Assembly (NCBI RefSeq): GCF_009914755.1
Contig: NC_060931.1
DNA length: 64,000 nucleotides
Strand: one strand, 5' to 3'
Source: the human T2T-CHM13v2.0 reference genome, Homo sapiens
The notes beneath the pieces are model-generated. The model was not told where the DNA came from. It ran no database searches and worked only from the letters and a program-made list of their open reading frames with translations. Below are positions 32,223 through 48,220 of the stretch, in pieces. Each line of letters begins with the position of its first letter. Positions within the stretch are counted from its first letter, which is position 1. A program made the translations under genes and the position numbers.

Positions 32223-33694
32223 ATGTTAAAATAATTGGCTAGCCACTGGAAAACCTCATTTGGAAAACCTCATACCATAAACCAAAATAAACTCCAAACG
32301 AATCAGGGATCTAAATAAAGCAATGAAGCCATACTACCACTAGAAGGGGGAAAAAAGGTGAATTCTCTAACCTTGATGTAGGAAAGGGTTTGCTAACTAC
32401 AACTCAAAATTGGGAAGACTGAAAGATTGATCGATTTGACTACATAATTTTTTTTTAATTTCTGTATGGCCAAAAATACTCCATTGTAAACATAAGGCAA
32501 TAGATAAAATGGGAGAAAATATTTGCATCATATCACAGATAAAGGAGTAATAACCATAATACATAAAGAACTCTTAAAGACAGAAACAACAGAAAAATGG
32601 GTAAAGGACATGGGAAAATACATACACACACATATATATTCACATATACTCATATACACAGACACACACACACATATATATCTCTTAGATATATTAAAGA
32701 TGTTCAGTTCCACTCACAGTGGAAGAAATACAAATTTAAATTACATTGAGATGCTATTTCTCAACTATCGAATTGGCAAAAATTTTTTTTAAAAAAAGTC
32801 ACTCTTGGCTAGGCTATGGAGAAACAGACACTCTCATACAGAGTTTCTTGGAGAACCGGCTGATTCTAGGGCTGAGGCAGAGAAGGTACGCAATGAGAAA
32901 CATTCTACATGCACAAGAAAGAATATGTTCAAAGAACAATGGAGATGTGTCAAAAGACACAGGAGGCAGCTTGAAGAAACTCCTACTGGCCAAATCTGGG
33001 ATAATTTAAGCATCAAAATACATAATGATAACACATTAAGACTAATATAAGAATCCATGAATATGCACTGAAATAAATGAGAGTGAAGAGAAAGCTCTTT
33101 TTGAGGGAAGAAAGTCAACTATAAATAAATGAAGAAGAAATGATGGACTTTTAAAAATCACCATTAGGAAAGAATAAATGATTCACACAAGCATCAATAG
33201 ATTTTAAAAGCCTAGGGTTAAAGGTGTGAGGAGTAACAGGACATTAACGAAATCTAAAAATATCATTCCATAAGACAATTATTATTGGAAATAAGGGAGA
33301 GAGTAACTTTCCTGAGAAAAACCAGAGAAACCGGAAAATCTGACAGAAACCTGACCTTAACCAAGGGATCCAAGTTAATATCACCAATGGTGAGACAAAT
33401 AGATATCAGGTGCCTCTGAATATGATGCACTGAGAAGAACGCAGTGTCCCTAATGTAGCATTTCTACGGAAAGCACAAAACCTCAATACCGGCATGAGGA
33501 AACAACAAACCACTGTTGAAAGACACTATGTAATATTGCCTAGTTCTCTCCGAAAATGTCAAGGTCACAAAACATAGAAAGACTGAGAAGCTGTTCCAGG
33601 TTAACTAAATGTAACATATGATCTGGAAATTTCTTACTATAAAGATATTTTGGGGATAACTGACAGAATCTGAATAAGGTCTACAGTTAGATAA

Positions 33695-34035
<341 letters not shown>

Positions 34036-34036
34036 C

Positions 34037-34333
<297 letters not shown>

Positions 34334-35174
34334 AATATCCCGATTTTGAAAAAAAAAAAAAATTCAGCAAGAAGAGGAAAAAAAATTAAATTGCATTTAC
34401 AAGCTATTGTCTAAAAAATATATTTACATACTATATATCTTTAATAATATATGCAAATGTATAGACATGACTTTTCTAAACACAAAGTAAAGGTGAAAAG
34501 CATAATTGGTAATGGTGATAAACTATTCCTAAGTAAAGCGGTTGGGGTGTGTTTTGGCAGAGGCAAATAGGACTGACAGTAAAACAAAATTTTTACAGCC
34601 TAATTTTATAATTACCAAATGAGGGTGGTGATATTATGGGATGTTACTATCTTCTAGTATTTTTCAATATTTTTTAAGTGCAAAATAGTCATTTATGAAA
34701 AATGTTGCTTTTATTCAAGACAGATCTTGGAATCAACTGAATTCACTTAACAACATTCATAAATGACCTTAATTCCATACTAATATTCTCATGTTAACAC
34801 CAGCTGTTAGAGTAAATACAGGAACATATGAAATTATTTCTCTTTATGTAATACAATAAAGAGAGAATACAATCTGTAGAGACTGCACACATTCTCCAAG
34901 AAACAAGTTTACAAGTGTTCACAGCACTGTTCACAATGCAAAAATCATGAAACCCAAACATCAGCCAACAGCAGAATGGAGAAATTGGCATATTCATACT
35001 ATGAAACTATGGCATATTCATACAACGGAAAGCTAAACAGCAATGAAAATTAATCACCTAGAGCTACATGTATCAACACTGTTAAAATATCAAAATCCTA
35101 ACGTTGAGTGAAATGAGAGGTACAGAACAATACATCCAGTATGATTCTGCTACATAAAGATAAAAAACAGGTGA

Positions 35175-35519
<345 letters not shown>

Positions 35520-36486
35520 TGGGCTCCATTTTTTTAGACAGGATAGCCCCGGAAGGGAGAGAGTTCTCTGTCAAATCCACATGGCTTGACAGACAACTTG
35601 AAAATATCCAGTTCTTTCCCATCTTATTTCTATGCTCACCAACAAAATTCTGATCCAAGTTTTATCCTTTCAATAAGTCTACAGCTGGCTACAGCACATC
35701 TTCCACTGCCAACTAATACACTGGAGAATTGAATCTCATGTAAGCTTGCTTGGCTTGGATAGCTTTACTCAGTCTCACAATCTCCATCCACCCTAAATGA
35801 ATTGATAAAATCAAATTTCTTCACCTGCAAAGTCACACCTGGGAATCCTGATCAAACGGTGCGGAGTTCCTCTCTTCCTGAAGTCCTGCCTGACAGGAAT
35901 GTAACCGTCACTGCTGGAATGTTAACTTTCCAGAAGCATCTATCAAGGGAAGACCATCTGTCTCCATTAACCACAAGATGCCTACTAAACCCGGGGAGCA
36001 ATTCAACACTCACTAATTAACAAACACTGGCCTTCAAGAGAAGAGGCTCTAAGTACCAATCGATAATTTCGTGTTAATCATTAACAAAATAGAAAATAAA
36101 CTGTGGCTGAGTTAACTCCAAAATTAATTTTAACCTTTCATGTAACATCTCAAAACACTGAGAAAAAGTAATTTTAAAGGGTAGCTATCACAGAAGTTCA
36201 TCATATAATTATATAAAAATTATCACACAAAATAATCAAACTGCTATCAAATAGACATAACTTACTAATAACAGATTTCTAGCATTTACTCAATAAGGCT
36301 TTACTTTAACCTTCACATAATCTTCAGTAAAATCTAAGAACCTGTCTTTTAAAAAATAATTATTAGGCATTAGAAACATTATGATTTTTTAATTGAACAA
36401 ATAGGCAGACATTATTTCTAAATGTTCATTTTCTCTCAGCAGCTTTTTTAACACACCATCTTTTGTCCTCAAAAATAGTATGAATA

Positions 36487-36808
<322 letters not shown>

Positions 36809-37050
36809 TCAACAAGGCAAAGTCCAAATCCCAGTCATACTTCTGGGATTTGGACATAATGTACAGAAGTACATTCTGTACTTCTACTACACCTTCCTTT
36901 GTGCTCTCCCTTGTGAAATTCCCATACTTCCTGGATATCAGATTCCCATCAAGCCCCCCCTACTCTCCCCACTAGCAGCTCCTGAAAAACTACCTTCTTA
37001 CACCATGAGTATCTCAGTCCATTAAGTGGCACAAATAGCAAATTTCCCTT

Positions 37051-37421
37051 TGTCACGGACTGAAGGCTTGTGTCTCCCCAGAATTCATATGCTGAAACCC
37101 TACTCCCTGATGATAGGATTAGGAGGTAGGGTCTTTGGGAGGTAATTAGGGTTAGATGAGGTCATGAGGATAGAGACCTCATGAATGAGACTAGTGTCCT
37201 CATAAGGGTCCAGAGAGCTTGCTTCTTCTCTCCACCACGTGAGGACCCAGGGAGAAGGCGCCATCTATGAACCAGGAAGCTGACTCTCACCAAATACTGA
37301 ATCTGCCAGCACCTTGATCTTGGATTTCCCAGCCTCCAGAGCTGTGAGAAATAAATGTCTGTTGTTTATAACCCAACCAGTCTACAACAGTTTGTTACAA
37401 CAGCTCTAATGGACTAAAACA
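37051..37421 (+). mobile_element. MLT1A/A0 solo LTR
   Basis: tgtcacggactgaa...ggactaaaaca; 5-bp TSD ccctt. Confidence 0.9.
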
Positions 37422-38349
37422 CCCTTCAAAACTGAAATAATAAAATTTTTTCTCCATTGTCTGTGCCTCACGTCTCATTCTCCAAATCTCTTTAGGCTGT
37501 AAAGAGAAGTATGCTCCTACACGTTACAGAGCTAATAATGGTAACAACAAAAGCCTATGCGTGCTTCTTTACCATTTATTTCTGAATAAGTAATATATTC
37601 ACATAGTTCAAAATGCAAAATAGAACATAAAAGGTAACAAGGAATATTCAGAGAAAAGTCCACCTGTCCCCCAGCTACCTGATGCCTTATCTCAAAGGCA
37701 TGGAATATTATGGTTCTTTTTCTATCCTTCCAGAGTTATTATATCTATATATATGCAAATGTTTATAAATTCTCTTTTTTTACATTCTTCTATGCCTTGT
37801 TTCTACTCAGGATTTTATTGTATAGCAGATCAGAATACAATGAGCTTCCTCTTTCTATTTTATGGCTACATATGACTCTTCAAATATGTGTAAACCAGTT
37901 TCTGTGGCTCTAGCCTCGCCACACCAATTTATTCAATACTCGTGGTCCCAAGACAATAAACACACCTTCATGTTTAAATATTTTTTATATATTAAGCCAG
38001 GTTATTGCATCAATGCTAGACTCTGTGGGTGTGACAACTGTTTTGCAGGTATATACAGAAAACAGTCCTCCTTAGCATGTATTTAGAGGTGAAATGTCAT
38101 GATGTCTGCAACTTACATTCAAATGATGAGGCAAAATAATACAAATATGCATACTTACCACATATGGTTCAAAATATACACACACTTGGAACAAGCCAGC
38201 AAGTACAGCAAAATGTTAACTAGTGAATACAGAAGCAGGGTATACAGGTGCTCACAGTACTATTTTTTTAAGCGTGAAATTTTCAAAATATTATAAAAAG
38301 CTAGGGCAAAAAGGCTGTATTATTTCCAGGGGTCTCCCTCATTTGCCAC

Positions 38350-38831
38350 TGTGAAAGAAAAATAAAATCTCAGGACCCCAAACTCACTATGCCAGAGGGA
38401 AAGTTAAGCCTGGAAACTGAATCACGAAAAAACTGCCTTACTTTTGTTCCCAAACAGCTGTAATTTCACATGCTTACTTTATCTTACGTAAAATGTAGAT
38501 TTACTGAGCACAAGACGAATGCATAATTGACTTTTTCCCCCACTCCTTTCTTTTCACATGTAAAAATGTAGATTCACTGAGCAGTACTAATCAGAGCCTC
38601 CCAAGAATGTAACCACTTGCCTCATTGCCTACCCACTCTCCCTTTTTTTTCTTCCCCTCCTGCTTTCTCTTTCCACTTTAAATATTGAAGTTCCCAAAAT
38701 CCTCTTCAGAAAAAGCACAAGACACAGGTCCTCCTGTGACTTGTGTTTCTTTTTCGGGGGTGCATCCTCAACCTTGGCAAAATAAACCTCTAAACTGATT
38801 GAGATCTGCCTCTGTCACTGTTTGGTTTACA
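38350..38831 (+). mobile_element. MER4-group (MER4C-like) solo LTR
   Basis: tgtgaaagaaaaataaaatctcaggacccc...ttggtttaca; TG...CA ends. Confidence 0.85.
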
Positions 38832-39219
38832 CTTTAAAACCTACAGTGGTTCTTTCCCAACTCCCAAGCCTATGTCCTAACCTAGCCCAACCACTTCCCT
38901 TGCATTCTCCCAAAAGAAAATTAAAATGAGTTCTTTTTAGCTATTCTTAACTACTGGTCCTTCAAACTGCTCAGATTCCATGGCTCCCTAGAGTCTTCCC
39001 CTACTGCTTTGTCCCTTCTCCCTTCTCAACTAGAGCACTCTATGCGCGTACTCATTTACTTCACCTCACCATTTCATGGCCTAAGTACTGGGAACCCAGC
39101 TAGAGAGGAAGCACCTACAGCAAAAAGCCCTATATGAACAATTCTTTTGTAATTCCCACAGCACCTAACTCGTGCTATGCACATAATAGGTATTAAAAAA
39201 GTGTTCACTGAAAGAATGG

Positions 39220-39500
39220 TTTGTTGTTTTGTTTTGAGACAGGGTCTTACTCTGTCACCCAGACTAGAGTGCAGTGGCATGATCACAGGTCACTGTAGCC
39301 CTGGCCTCCCAAGCCCAAGTGATCCTCCTGCCTCAACCTCCCTGAGTATCTGGGATCACAGGCACAGGTCACCACACCTGGGTAAAGGCAAACTCTCACT
39401 ATGTCGCCCAGGCTAGTCTCAAACTCCTGGACTCAAGCAATCTTCCTGCCTCAGCCTCCCAAAGTGCTGGGATTACAGGCGTAAGCCACCACGCCCGGCC
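39220..39500 (-). mobile_element. Alu (J-type)
   Basis: Reverse Alu lacking the middle A-rich linker. Confidence 0.88.
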
Positions 39501-40691
39501 TAGAATGGGCTTTTTTAAAACAATTAAGGGCATGGGAACTACTGCTAGGCAATGGGGGAAAGGTCTCAAAGCTCACTGGCAGAGTCTTCTGAAAAAAACC
39601 TCCAGTCTTTCAGCTTTTCTTCAATACTTTAAACTCACCTTTCCTATCCTTCCACATTGTTACAACTGTCTTCTCTCTGACACAAACAATGCCAGATTAT
39701 CCTACTAAGAATGGAAAAACCTGTTCCACAACCATAAATAAAGCAACTCTAGAAGTTGGAGCAGCAAAATTCTCTTAAATTTTACTTACATGATGAGATT
39801 ACTCTTGAAGACTGTAAGAAAGTGTAAACCACTTGAAAAGAGTACCTCTGAATAACGTGTCCATGGACTATTCCTGCAGTTTGAAACTAGGGAAGAACTG
39901 CCTTTTAAAGTGTTTTAACTTCAGTTAATCAAGACAATGCTAGAGACATCTGAATACAGAAGCAACTAGCATCTTGACTCAGACAGCCTGTGTCTAACAA
40001 CAACACGTGTTGAAAAGTTGATTCACTAACAAGAAAAAAACAGGAATGCTACTAAAAAATAGGGGTACTACTTAAAGTGAAATTGCAAGAACCTACAATA
40101 AGAAGAATTGAAACCTATTTCATTTTTTTTCACCTGATTGGAATTCAGAAGGACCTAAAAATACAACCCTCCGAAAATTAAGATCCAAAGAGGTTAAACA
40201 CACCTAATCCAATATCTCGTAACTCAGAAGTTAAAGTCAAAGCTTGCTTGAGAACTCAAATATAATGGTCTTCTCATGCTATTCTGTCCACTTCACTTCT
40301 AAATTTCCTAACCTTATCTTCTGCCCAAAAAGCACAGTGGACAGGGAGGTGGAAGACCTAACTGTGGTCCGCTATGCTGTGAACCAGGTGTGTAAGTTTA
40401 AGTAAATTGTCTCATTTATAAAATGAGAAGATTGAACTCAATGTGCTCCCAAGGCCCTTACAGCTAGAATATACTGTGCTCCTTCAGAGTGGCATAGGTC
40501 ACAGTTGCTATTTAACACAAATTTGACTCTACCACATTTTTTACATACCAAACTCTGTTATAATTTAAGAAATTTAAAAATACTACTTTAACCCAAACAA
40601 TATCTTTGTTTACCAAAAATTTCCATACGTAGAAAGGACCCTGAAATTCTATATGGTTATTTATTACCAAAATTTAGGCAAACTGTTCTTT

Positions 40692-40830
40692 AAACTTCAA
40701 TCTGAAACCTATTTGAATGCCTAGTTAAATCTGAAAGTCTAAACACCTATCTGAAACCTATTTGAATGCCTATTTAAATCTGAAAATTTAAACATCAATC
40801 TGAAACCTATTTGAATGCCCATTTAAATAT
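40692..40830. repeat. About 49-bp minisatellite, nearly 3 copies
   Basis: atctgaaacctatttgaatgcc repeated three times. Confidence 0.9.
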
Positions 40831-40929
40831 CAAAAACAGCTTGAGAAGTGATACATTTCACATATCTTTTCCATTCAACCTGAAATATGCTATATAAACA
40901 TATTAAACTCTTCAGAAATAATTTGCACT

Positions 40930-41800
<871 letters not shown>

Positions 41801-42297
41801 AAATAATTTGCACCAGCATGCGATTTTACAGACCATAATATCAGAGTAAAATTTGTCTTTAGTTCTGGACTGCCATTAATCAGGCTAAAAAAAATGCCTA
41901 TGGTAAGTGTAGGATGTTTCCTAGGCTATCCATATAAGGAATGGAAGAAGGTAAAAGGAAAAAGAGAAGAAACGGAAAAGAACCAAAAAAGACAAAAAAG
42001 GAAGGAAACTGAGTGAGTAAAGAACGCAGGAAAAAACGACAATAAACAGGGAGGAAAAGAATGGCCCACAACTGGCTTGCTGATATGCCAGGGCCAGGGT
42101 GGGCCTGCATCCACAAAACACTCAGACAGATTCCAGACGTATTCAGGTTTTTTGTTTGTTTTGTTTAATTTTGGACAGAAAGTTTACCCAGAGGGGACAT
42201 GTTTCCTTGTGCCTGCTCCTAGGCTCCCTGTTGAGGACTAGGAAGATTCCAATGCATGAAAAGGAACACAGAGTCCACAGTCCAGAATACTCTAGAT

Positions 42298-42825
42298 GAG
42301 GGGCCCCCAAGTCCCGGGCTACAGATGGGTACTGGTCTGTGGCCTGTTAGGAACTGGACCACGCAGCAGGAGGTGTGCAGTGGACTAGCAAGCAAAGCTT
42401 CATCTGTATTTACAGCCGCACCCCATCACTCGCATCACCGCCTGAGCTCCGCCTCCTGTCAGATCACCAGCAGCGTTGGATTCTCATAAGAGCACCAACC
42501 CTACTGTGAACTGCACATGCGAGGGATCTAGGCTGCGGGTTCCTTACGAGAGTCTAATGCCTGACGGCCTGTCATTGTCTCCCATCATTCCGAGATGGGA
42601 CCATCTAGTTACAGGAAAACAAGCTCTGGGCTCCCACTGATACTACATCATGGTGAGTTGTATAATTACTTCATTATATATGACAATGTAATAATAATAG
42701 AAATAAAGTGCACAATAAATGGAATGCGCTTGAATCAACCTGAAACCATCCCCCACCCCACCCATCCGTGGAAAAATTATCTTCCACAAACCAGTCCCTG
42801 GTGCCAAAAAGATTGGAGACTGCTG
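42298..42825 (+). mobile_element. MER1A hAT-Charlie element, complete
   Basis: Internal ggcctgttaggaac...ggtgccaaaaagattggagactgctg; 8-bp TSD c(t/c)ctagat. Confidence 0.9.
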
Positions 42826-44650
42826 CCCTAGATGACTGACCTGCAATGTCCAAGACCCAACATGTTCCTGAGGAGTAATCTTACCAGAGCTTACAGCTCT
42901 TACTCCAAAAGAGCACGATGATCAACAAACACGTTTTAGGAAGTAAGATGAGTATTTATGCAATTACAGTTCAGTGCTTTAAAACAACTGTTACCCTCCA
43001 AAAACAACAATAAATGTGGTCAGAATGCATCCATTGCCAATGGATTCTCGGGAGCCACTGTGGTTTCCCTCCACAATGCAGGACCGCTTTCTGGGGTAAG
43101 TGGCTGGACCACTCAGACCAAGAATGAGCCGAGGACGTGCCGCCACTGTTTCCCACAGAAGAGCAAATGTTCTTCAGTTATTGCAAGGCATGATTTCTCA
43201 TACAGATGATCACTTTTAAAACTTTAGAGCAATTCTGTTGTTTGGATATTTCTGTTGTTTAGAATCCCAAATGATCTTTTATTTTTTAAAAAAATATGTA
43301 TCTCAAAAACATACTGCAGATGATATGAAATGACTAAACAGGGTACTGATTAAGTCTATAAAGTCATTGTTCCAAACTGCTTGTTAGGCAGTAACAAAGA
43401 TATATGGCAAAGAACAAACCCCTATGTTTCTTTTTCAGAAGAATTAAATTAGTAGCAGAAAGAATCTCAATTTAGAACCCTTTAAAAGGGGGAGCAAAGG
43501 GGGATGTTATATCTTTTTCCATAAAAATAAGAGACGTGTAAGCAGAGTAACTTTTTGTAAGCTAACTAAGAGGCATAAAACAAACTACAGATTTCAAAGA
43601 TAAAATCCAAAATAAACAACATTTAAAAAAAAAACTTTCATTTGCTATTAAATACCTGAATTTTCAGGCAATACACGCTAAAAATGGAAGAGTCACCACA
43701 AATTATTTTGGAAGTGAGCCCATAAAAAGTAGGTATTATAAAGTTCTAAAAAGCTAAAAAATAGGAATAGCTAAAGGAATATGAATGACACTAAGGACAA
43801 AGGATTAAATAAATGTTCTTAGCATAGCAATAACTAATCTCTCTGGAAACAAACAAAAAAGATAAACACAGATTTTAAAAAATAAACAATATGTGCAATG
43901 AATGCATGACACATCAATACAAAAGCAGACAGCAAAACAACTGTCAGTGGCCTTGACAATGGACAGATAAGTAGCTTGGTGAACATAACAAAAAGATTCA
44001 GTACTAACAAAAATGTCCCTAGAAATAGGACACTAGCACTTACGGTCACAGGCCATGCACAATTTTGCAAGAGAAAGATCTGAAGTGGCATTTTTTATGA
44101 GTTGTATAAGAATTAACAGAGGCATGAAGCAGGTTCCCAGAAACTCTCCTAGTGGTTTAAATACCATCACCGAAAGAACAACTTTAGAAGGCCACTGCCT
44201 CCTTCATGGAGATGAAAAGCAGCCGAATATTTCACACCTGTGTCAGCAATTTTTCCAAAGTGTAATCCAGGTTCAATATTCGGGTATTCTAACGTAGATA
44301 TCACAATAAAGACAAGGGTGCCCTCCTGACCCATCCCTAACTCCTGAAGAAGAGGGCGGGCCACAAGGCAGGCAATCTAATTTAAGGAGTCCAAGATCGT
44401 TTTACCTGGGGACTCAAAGGCATCACCCCTACACTGAGACCAGTCTTGATTACTGGGTACCTTTCAAAATGCTGAAGTTTCCTGTGAGGGTCTACAACCA
44501 TACCACCGTATGAATAATCTCAATCACAGCATTTTAGGGCTGGAAAGACCGTTCTCCATCCAACCTCTCATTTCAGATGAGCGGAGACTCAAATCTCTCA
44601 CAGGGTTCCATAGCTAGTTGGAACCAGAAATCCAGCAGAAATACTGTAAG

Positions 44651-44861
44651 CAAGCTTGTCCAAGATGTGGTCCAGGACAGCTTTGAATGTGGCTCAACAC
44701 AAATTCACAAACTTTCTTAAAACGCTATGAGATTTTTTTTGCAATTTTTTTTTTTTTTAGCTCATCAGCTATCGTTAGTGTCCGTGTATTTTACGTGTGG
44801 CCCAAGACAGTTCTTCTTGTTCCAGTGTGGCCCAGGGAAGCCAAAAGATTGGACACTCCTG
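44651..44861 (-). mobile_element. MER30 MITE
   Basis: caagcttgtccaa...ttggacactcctg. Confidence 0.85.
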
Positions 44862-46696
44862 GAGGTGCAGCACAGTATCTAACACTACCTCAATACTTTT
44901 TCCACCGAACTACGTAAGACCAGCCACAGCCCAGAAAAAGAACTTCCCACAGGAAAAGGAGGAAGAGGAAAATGTGGAGGAAATCTACGAGGAGGGGATT
45001 GGCCAACCGCAAGTCAGCATGGGATGCTGGACACCTGGCCGTGCGAGAAACAGAAACGTGAGAAGTTGGAAGAAAGGAGCATAAAGAGATGGGAGAAGGC
45101 AAAGGCAGACACTGCCACTTAAGCACTAGTCTAGTAAGACTAGTACTTAATAAAGTACAAGAAAAAAGAACGGTCATTAACATCCTAACTCTCTAAAGCA
45201 CAGGAGCCTTTTTAAAGGGCTTGAGGAAGTGGCAGAGACAAACTCCAAGAAAGCCTGGAGGAGGGGATCACACAGCAGCTCCCTGATTCACTAATTCAGA
45301 GGTGGTCCCAGCATCTTGTTAAGCAGACTGCCAACCCCAGCCTCACACTGTCAAGTCTGAAGGATTTGAAAGTTTCACAGATTTAACTACGAAGATTATG
45401 TCACAGATACATATTTGAGTCAAGAAATGAGTACAGATCTGGGTAGCAAATCACACGTAGCTCTTTTCAAAGAGAAAGAGGTGATCAAAATCTAAAGCTG
45501 GGTCCATGAAACATAGCTCAAATCAATTACGCGTATGCCAAATCAACTCTTAAGATTTTAAGGCTCAATCCTCTTATAAAAGCGGTGAGACAATATACAA
45601 TTTCAAGATAAAACTAAAACTGGTAGTGTGAAAAGCAGAGAAGTCTCATGGTCTCAACCCAGCTTCGTGGTCTGCGCTATACAAATGATTTGTTTCCTAA
45701 TCCATAAAGCACGCCTAGTAATAACGGTCATGTGTGCCTTCCAGAAACTTGATTTAAACAAGGTAACGATCATAAAGCAATCTAAAAATGTAAGCATTGC
45801 ATGAATTCTGGGCATAACTTTGGAAAGGCATTTGACATGAGTCAAATAATAGCACCTGGCGATATTGTGAAGTATTCACCAGAAACAAAAAGGAAAACTT
45901 ATTCATTTATTATTTTCTAACAAAGAACCCTGTGCTATTGACTCATCTTGACATAGTTAATATGTCTTTTAAAAGTTTCAGGACATTTAAAAACTTACAA
46001 CATTCCATTTTTGTCTTCCCATTCCCTGCTCACCAATTTCTTCTATTTTATTTCTCTGCTTTCAGGTAAAGTTATATATATTTTCCTCAAAGTCTTAACT
46101 TTTCTTTTCTCTCCAATACATTTAGTCATATTAGAATATACTGTCAAACCTCACTTGGACTCAACTTGAGTCCATCTGATTCTCAGCACCTGGGAGTCTG
46201 GTTTAACATGGAATGCTTCCAGAGCGCCACCTGTCCTCTTAGAATGCCTTGGAATCTCCACCAACGCCTCCCCAAGATCTTCCCTCTCCCATAAACATAC
46301 ACCCTAAGAACGGTGTGCTTGCTATGAAAGGGCTGCTTGAAGACAAGTCTCCTAGTAACCCCACTCCCTTTCCTACCAGATTCCAGCCCCACAGTCCCCT
46401 CATTTAGAAACTACAGAGCCACCACTGTTCTCCAAGGTCATCAAAATCAGGAATGACTGTGCCCTGACGTACTCATCCATGCCCCGATGGACATTTCCTT
46501 CCCGCAACCATGATTCTTCCGTGAGGCTGTTATCTTTAGGGGATGTCCAAGTTAACGCTGTCACAGTCTATTATGGACCCAAATCCGTGGAGTTTTGTCT
46601 AGAAAAAACTGTGTCTCATGAAAATCATTTTATCTAGTGAGTCCACAACTATATAATGTGCTGCATTGTACTCTGTAGCTGCATATTAAGAGAAGA

Positions 46697-47118
46697 CCAC
46701 ATGCCATGTCATGCACCTGTAGTCCCAGCTACTCAGAAGGCTGAGGTGGGGGGATTAGTTGAGCCCAGGAGTTCAAGGGCAGTCTAGGCAATCCAGCTAG
46801 ACTCCATTTCTAAAACTAAATAGTTCAGGCACAGTAGCTCATTCCTGTAATCCCAGCACTTTGGGAGGCTGGGGCGGGAGGATGGCTTGAACCCAGCAGT
46901 TCGAGACCAGCCTGTGCAACAAGGCAAGATCCCATCTCTAGAAAAACATTTTTTTTTATTTAGCTGGGCGTGGTGGCACCCATCTGCAGTCCCAGCTACT
47001 CAGGAGGTTGAGGAGGGAGGATCACTTGAGCCCAGGAGGTTGAGACTGCAATGAGCTATGATTGTGCCACTGCACTCCAGCCTGGGTGACAGAGTGAGAC
47101 CATTTCTAAATAAATAAA
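46697..47118 (+). mobile_element. Alu monomer followed by a full Alu (J-type)
   Basis: cctgtagtcccagctac... then caggcacagtagctca...gacagagtgagacc. Confidence 0.87.
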
Positions 47119-47492
47119 AGGCACTTGGTTAGATTTAATACAACATTTAGGTTTAAGGAGTAGCAAATAGTTTTGTCATTTAGTAACATCGGAAATACTT
47201 TAATATATTTTAACTGGGGATTTCTAATTTAGCTAAGTAGGAATACCCAATCTGAGTTTTAACAGACTCATTATTTTTGGAAAATATATGGAGTTCTCAA
47301 GAAATTCTCAAAATAAAATTAATCTAATCCATTTTAAACTTTTACAACTCAGTCTGCCATACAGCAATTTTTAAATGACATAATCCTTTAGAAATCAAGC
47401 AGTGATCAGTGCTCAACTTGAAAAGTGATGGGGGTGGGGGGAACAGGCAAAAAAAAAAAAAATCACAGAACTTTAGAAGATACTGTCTATCC

Positions 47493-47667
47493 CAACGGCT
47501 CTCAAAGTTTGGCCCTCTGACCAGCAACGTCAGCATTACCTGGAAACTTGTAAGAAATATACATTAGTGGGCCCACCCTAGACCTTCTGAGTCAGAAACT
47601 CTGGGGTGCAGCCCAATAATGTGTGTTCTTCAGTGATTCTGATACACACCAAAGTTTGAGAACCAGA
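47493..47667. mobile_element. MER5A MITE
   Basis: ggctctcaaagtttgg...aaagtttgagaacc inverted ends. Confidence 0.85.
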
Positions 47668-47918
47668 GTTCAATCCAACCACTCCACTGATGAGAAAGAA
47701 GTGAAGCCAGTAACATCCTCAAACTCGAACAAGTTGGTGACCTTCAAAATGATTCTTAAACTATATACCTGAATCCAAGTAGTCCCATAGGATCTTCTAG
47801 GCAAAAATACATCCTGATCTTTTGTAGCATTAATTCTAATATCATTACTATCTACTCAGATACAGGCAAGTATTTTTGTCATGAGTAATTTACATTTAAT
47901 ACCTAAAAAAGAAGACTT

Positions 47919-48220
47919 GGCCAAGCGCAGTGGCTCATGCCTGTCAACCAACACTTTGGGAGGCCGAGGGGGTGGGTCACTGGAGCCTAGGAGTTCAAGT
48001 CAACCCTGGGCAACATAGCAAAACACTGTCTCTACAAACAAACAAACAAAAAACACAAATTTGCCAGGCACGGTAGCATGTGCCTGTAGTACCAGCTCCT
48101 GGGGAGGCTGAGGTGGGAAGATTGCTTGAGGCCAGGAGGTTAAGGCTGCAGTAAGTTGTGATTATGCCACTGCACTCCAGACCCCGTCTTGAAAAAGATA
48201 AATAAAAAATGTTTTAAATA
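47919..48220 (+). mobile_element. Alu (J-type)
   Basis: Dimer flanked by aagactt. Confidence 0.9.

Noticed and set aside
44797-45084. Acidic ORF (QEKEEEENVEEIYEE) as a possible processed pseudogene
   Set aside because: Starts inside MER30; no recognisable parent, tail or TSD
46156-46174. 9-bp inverted repeat tggactcaa-c-ttgagtcca
   Set aside because: Short and isolated; could occur by chance in 64 kb
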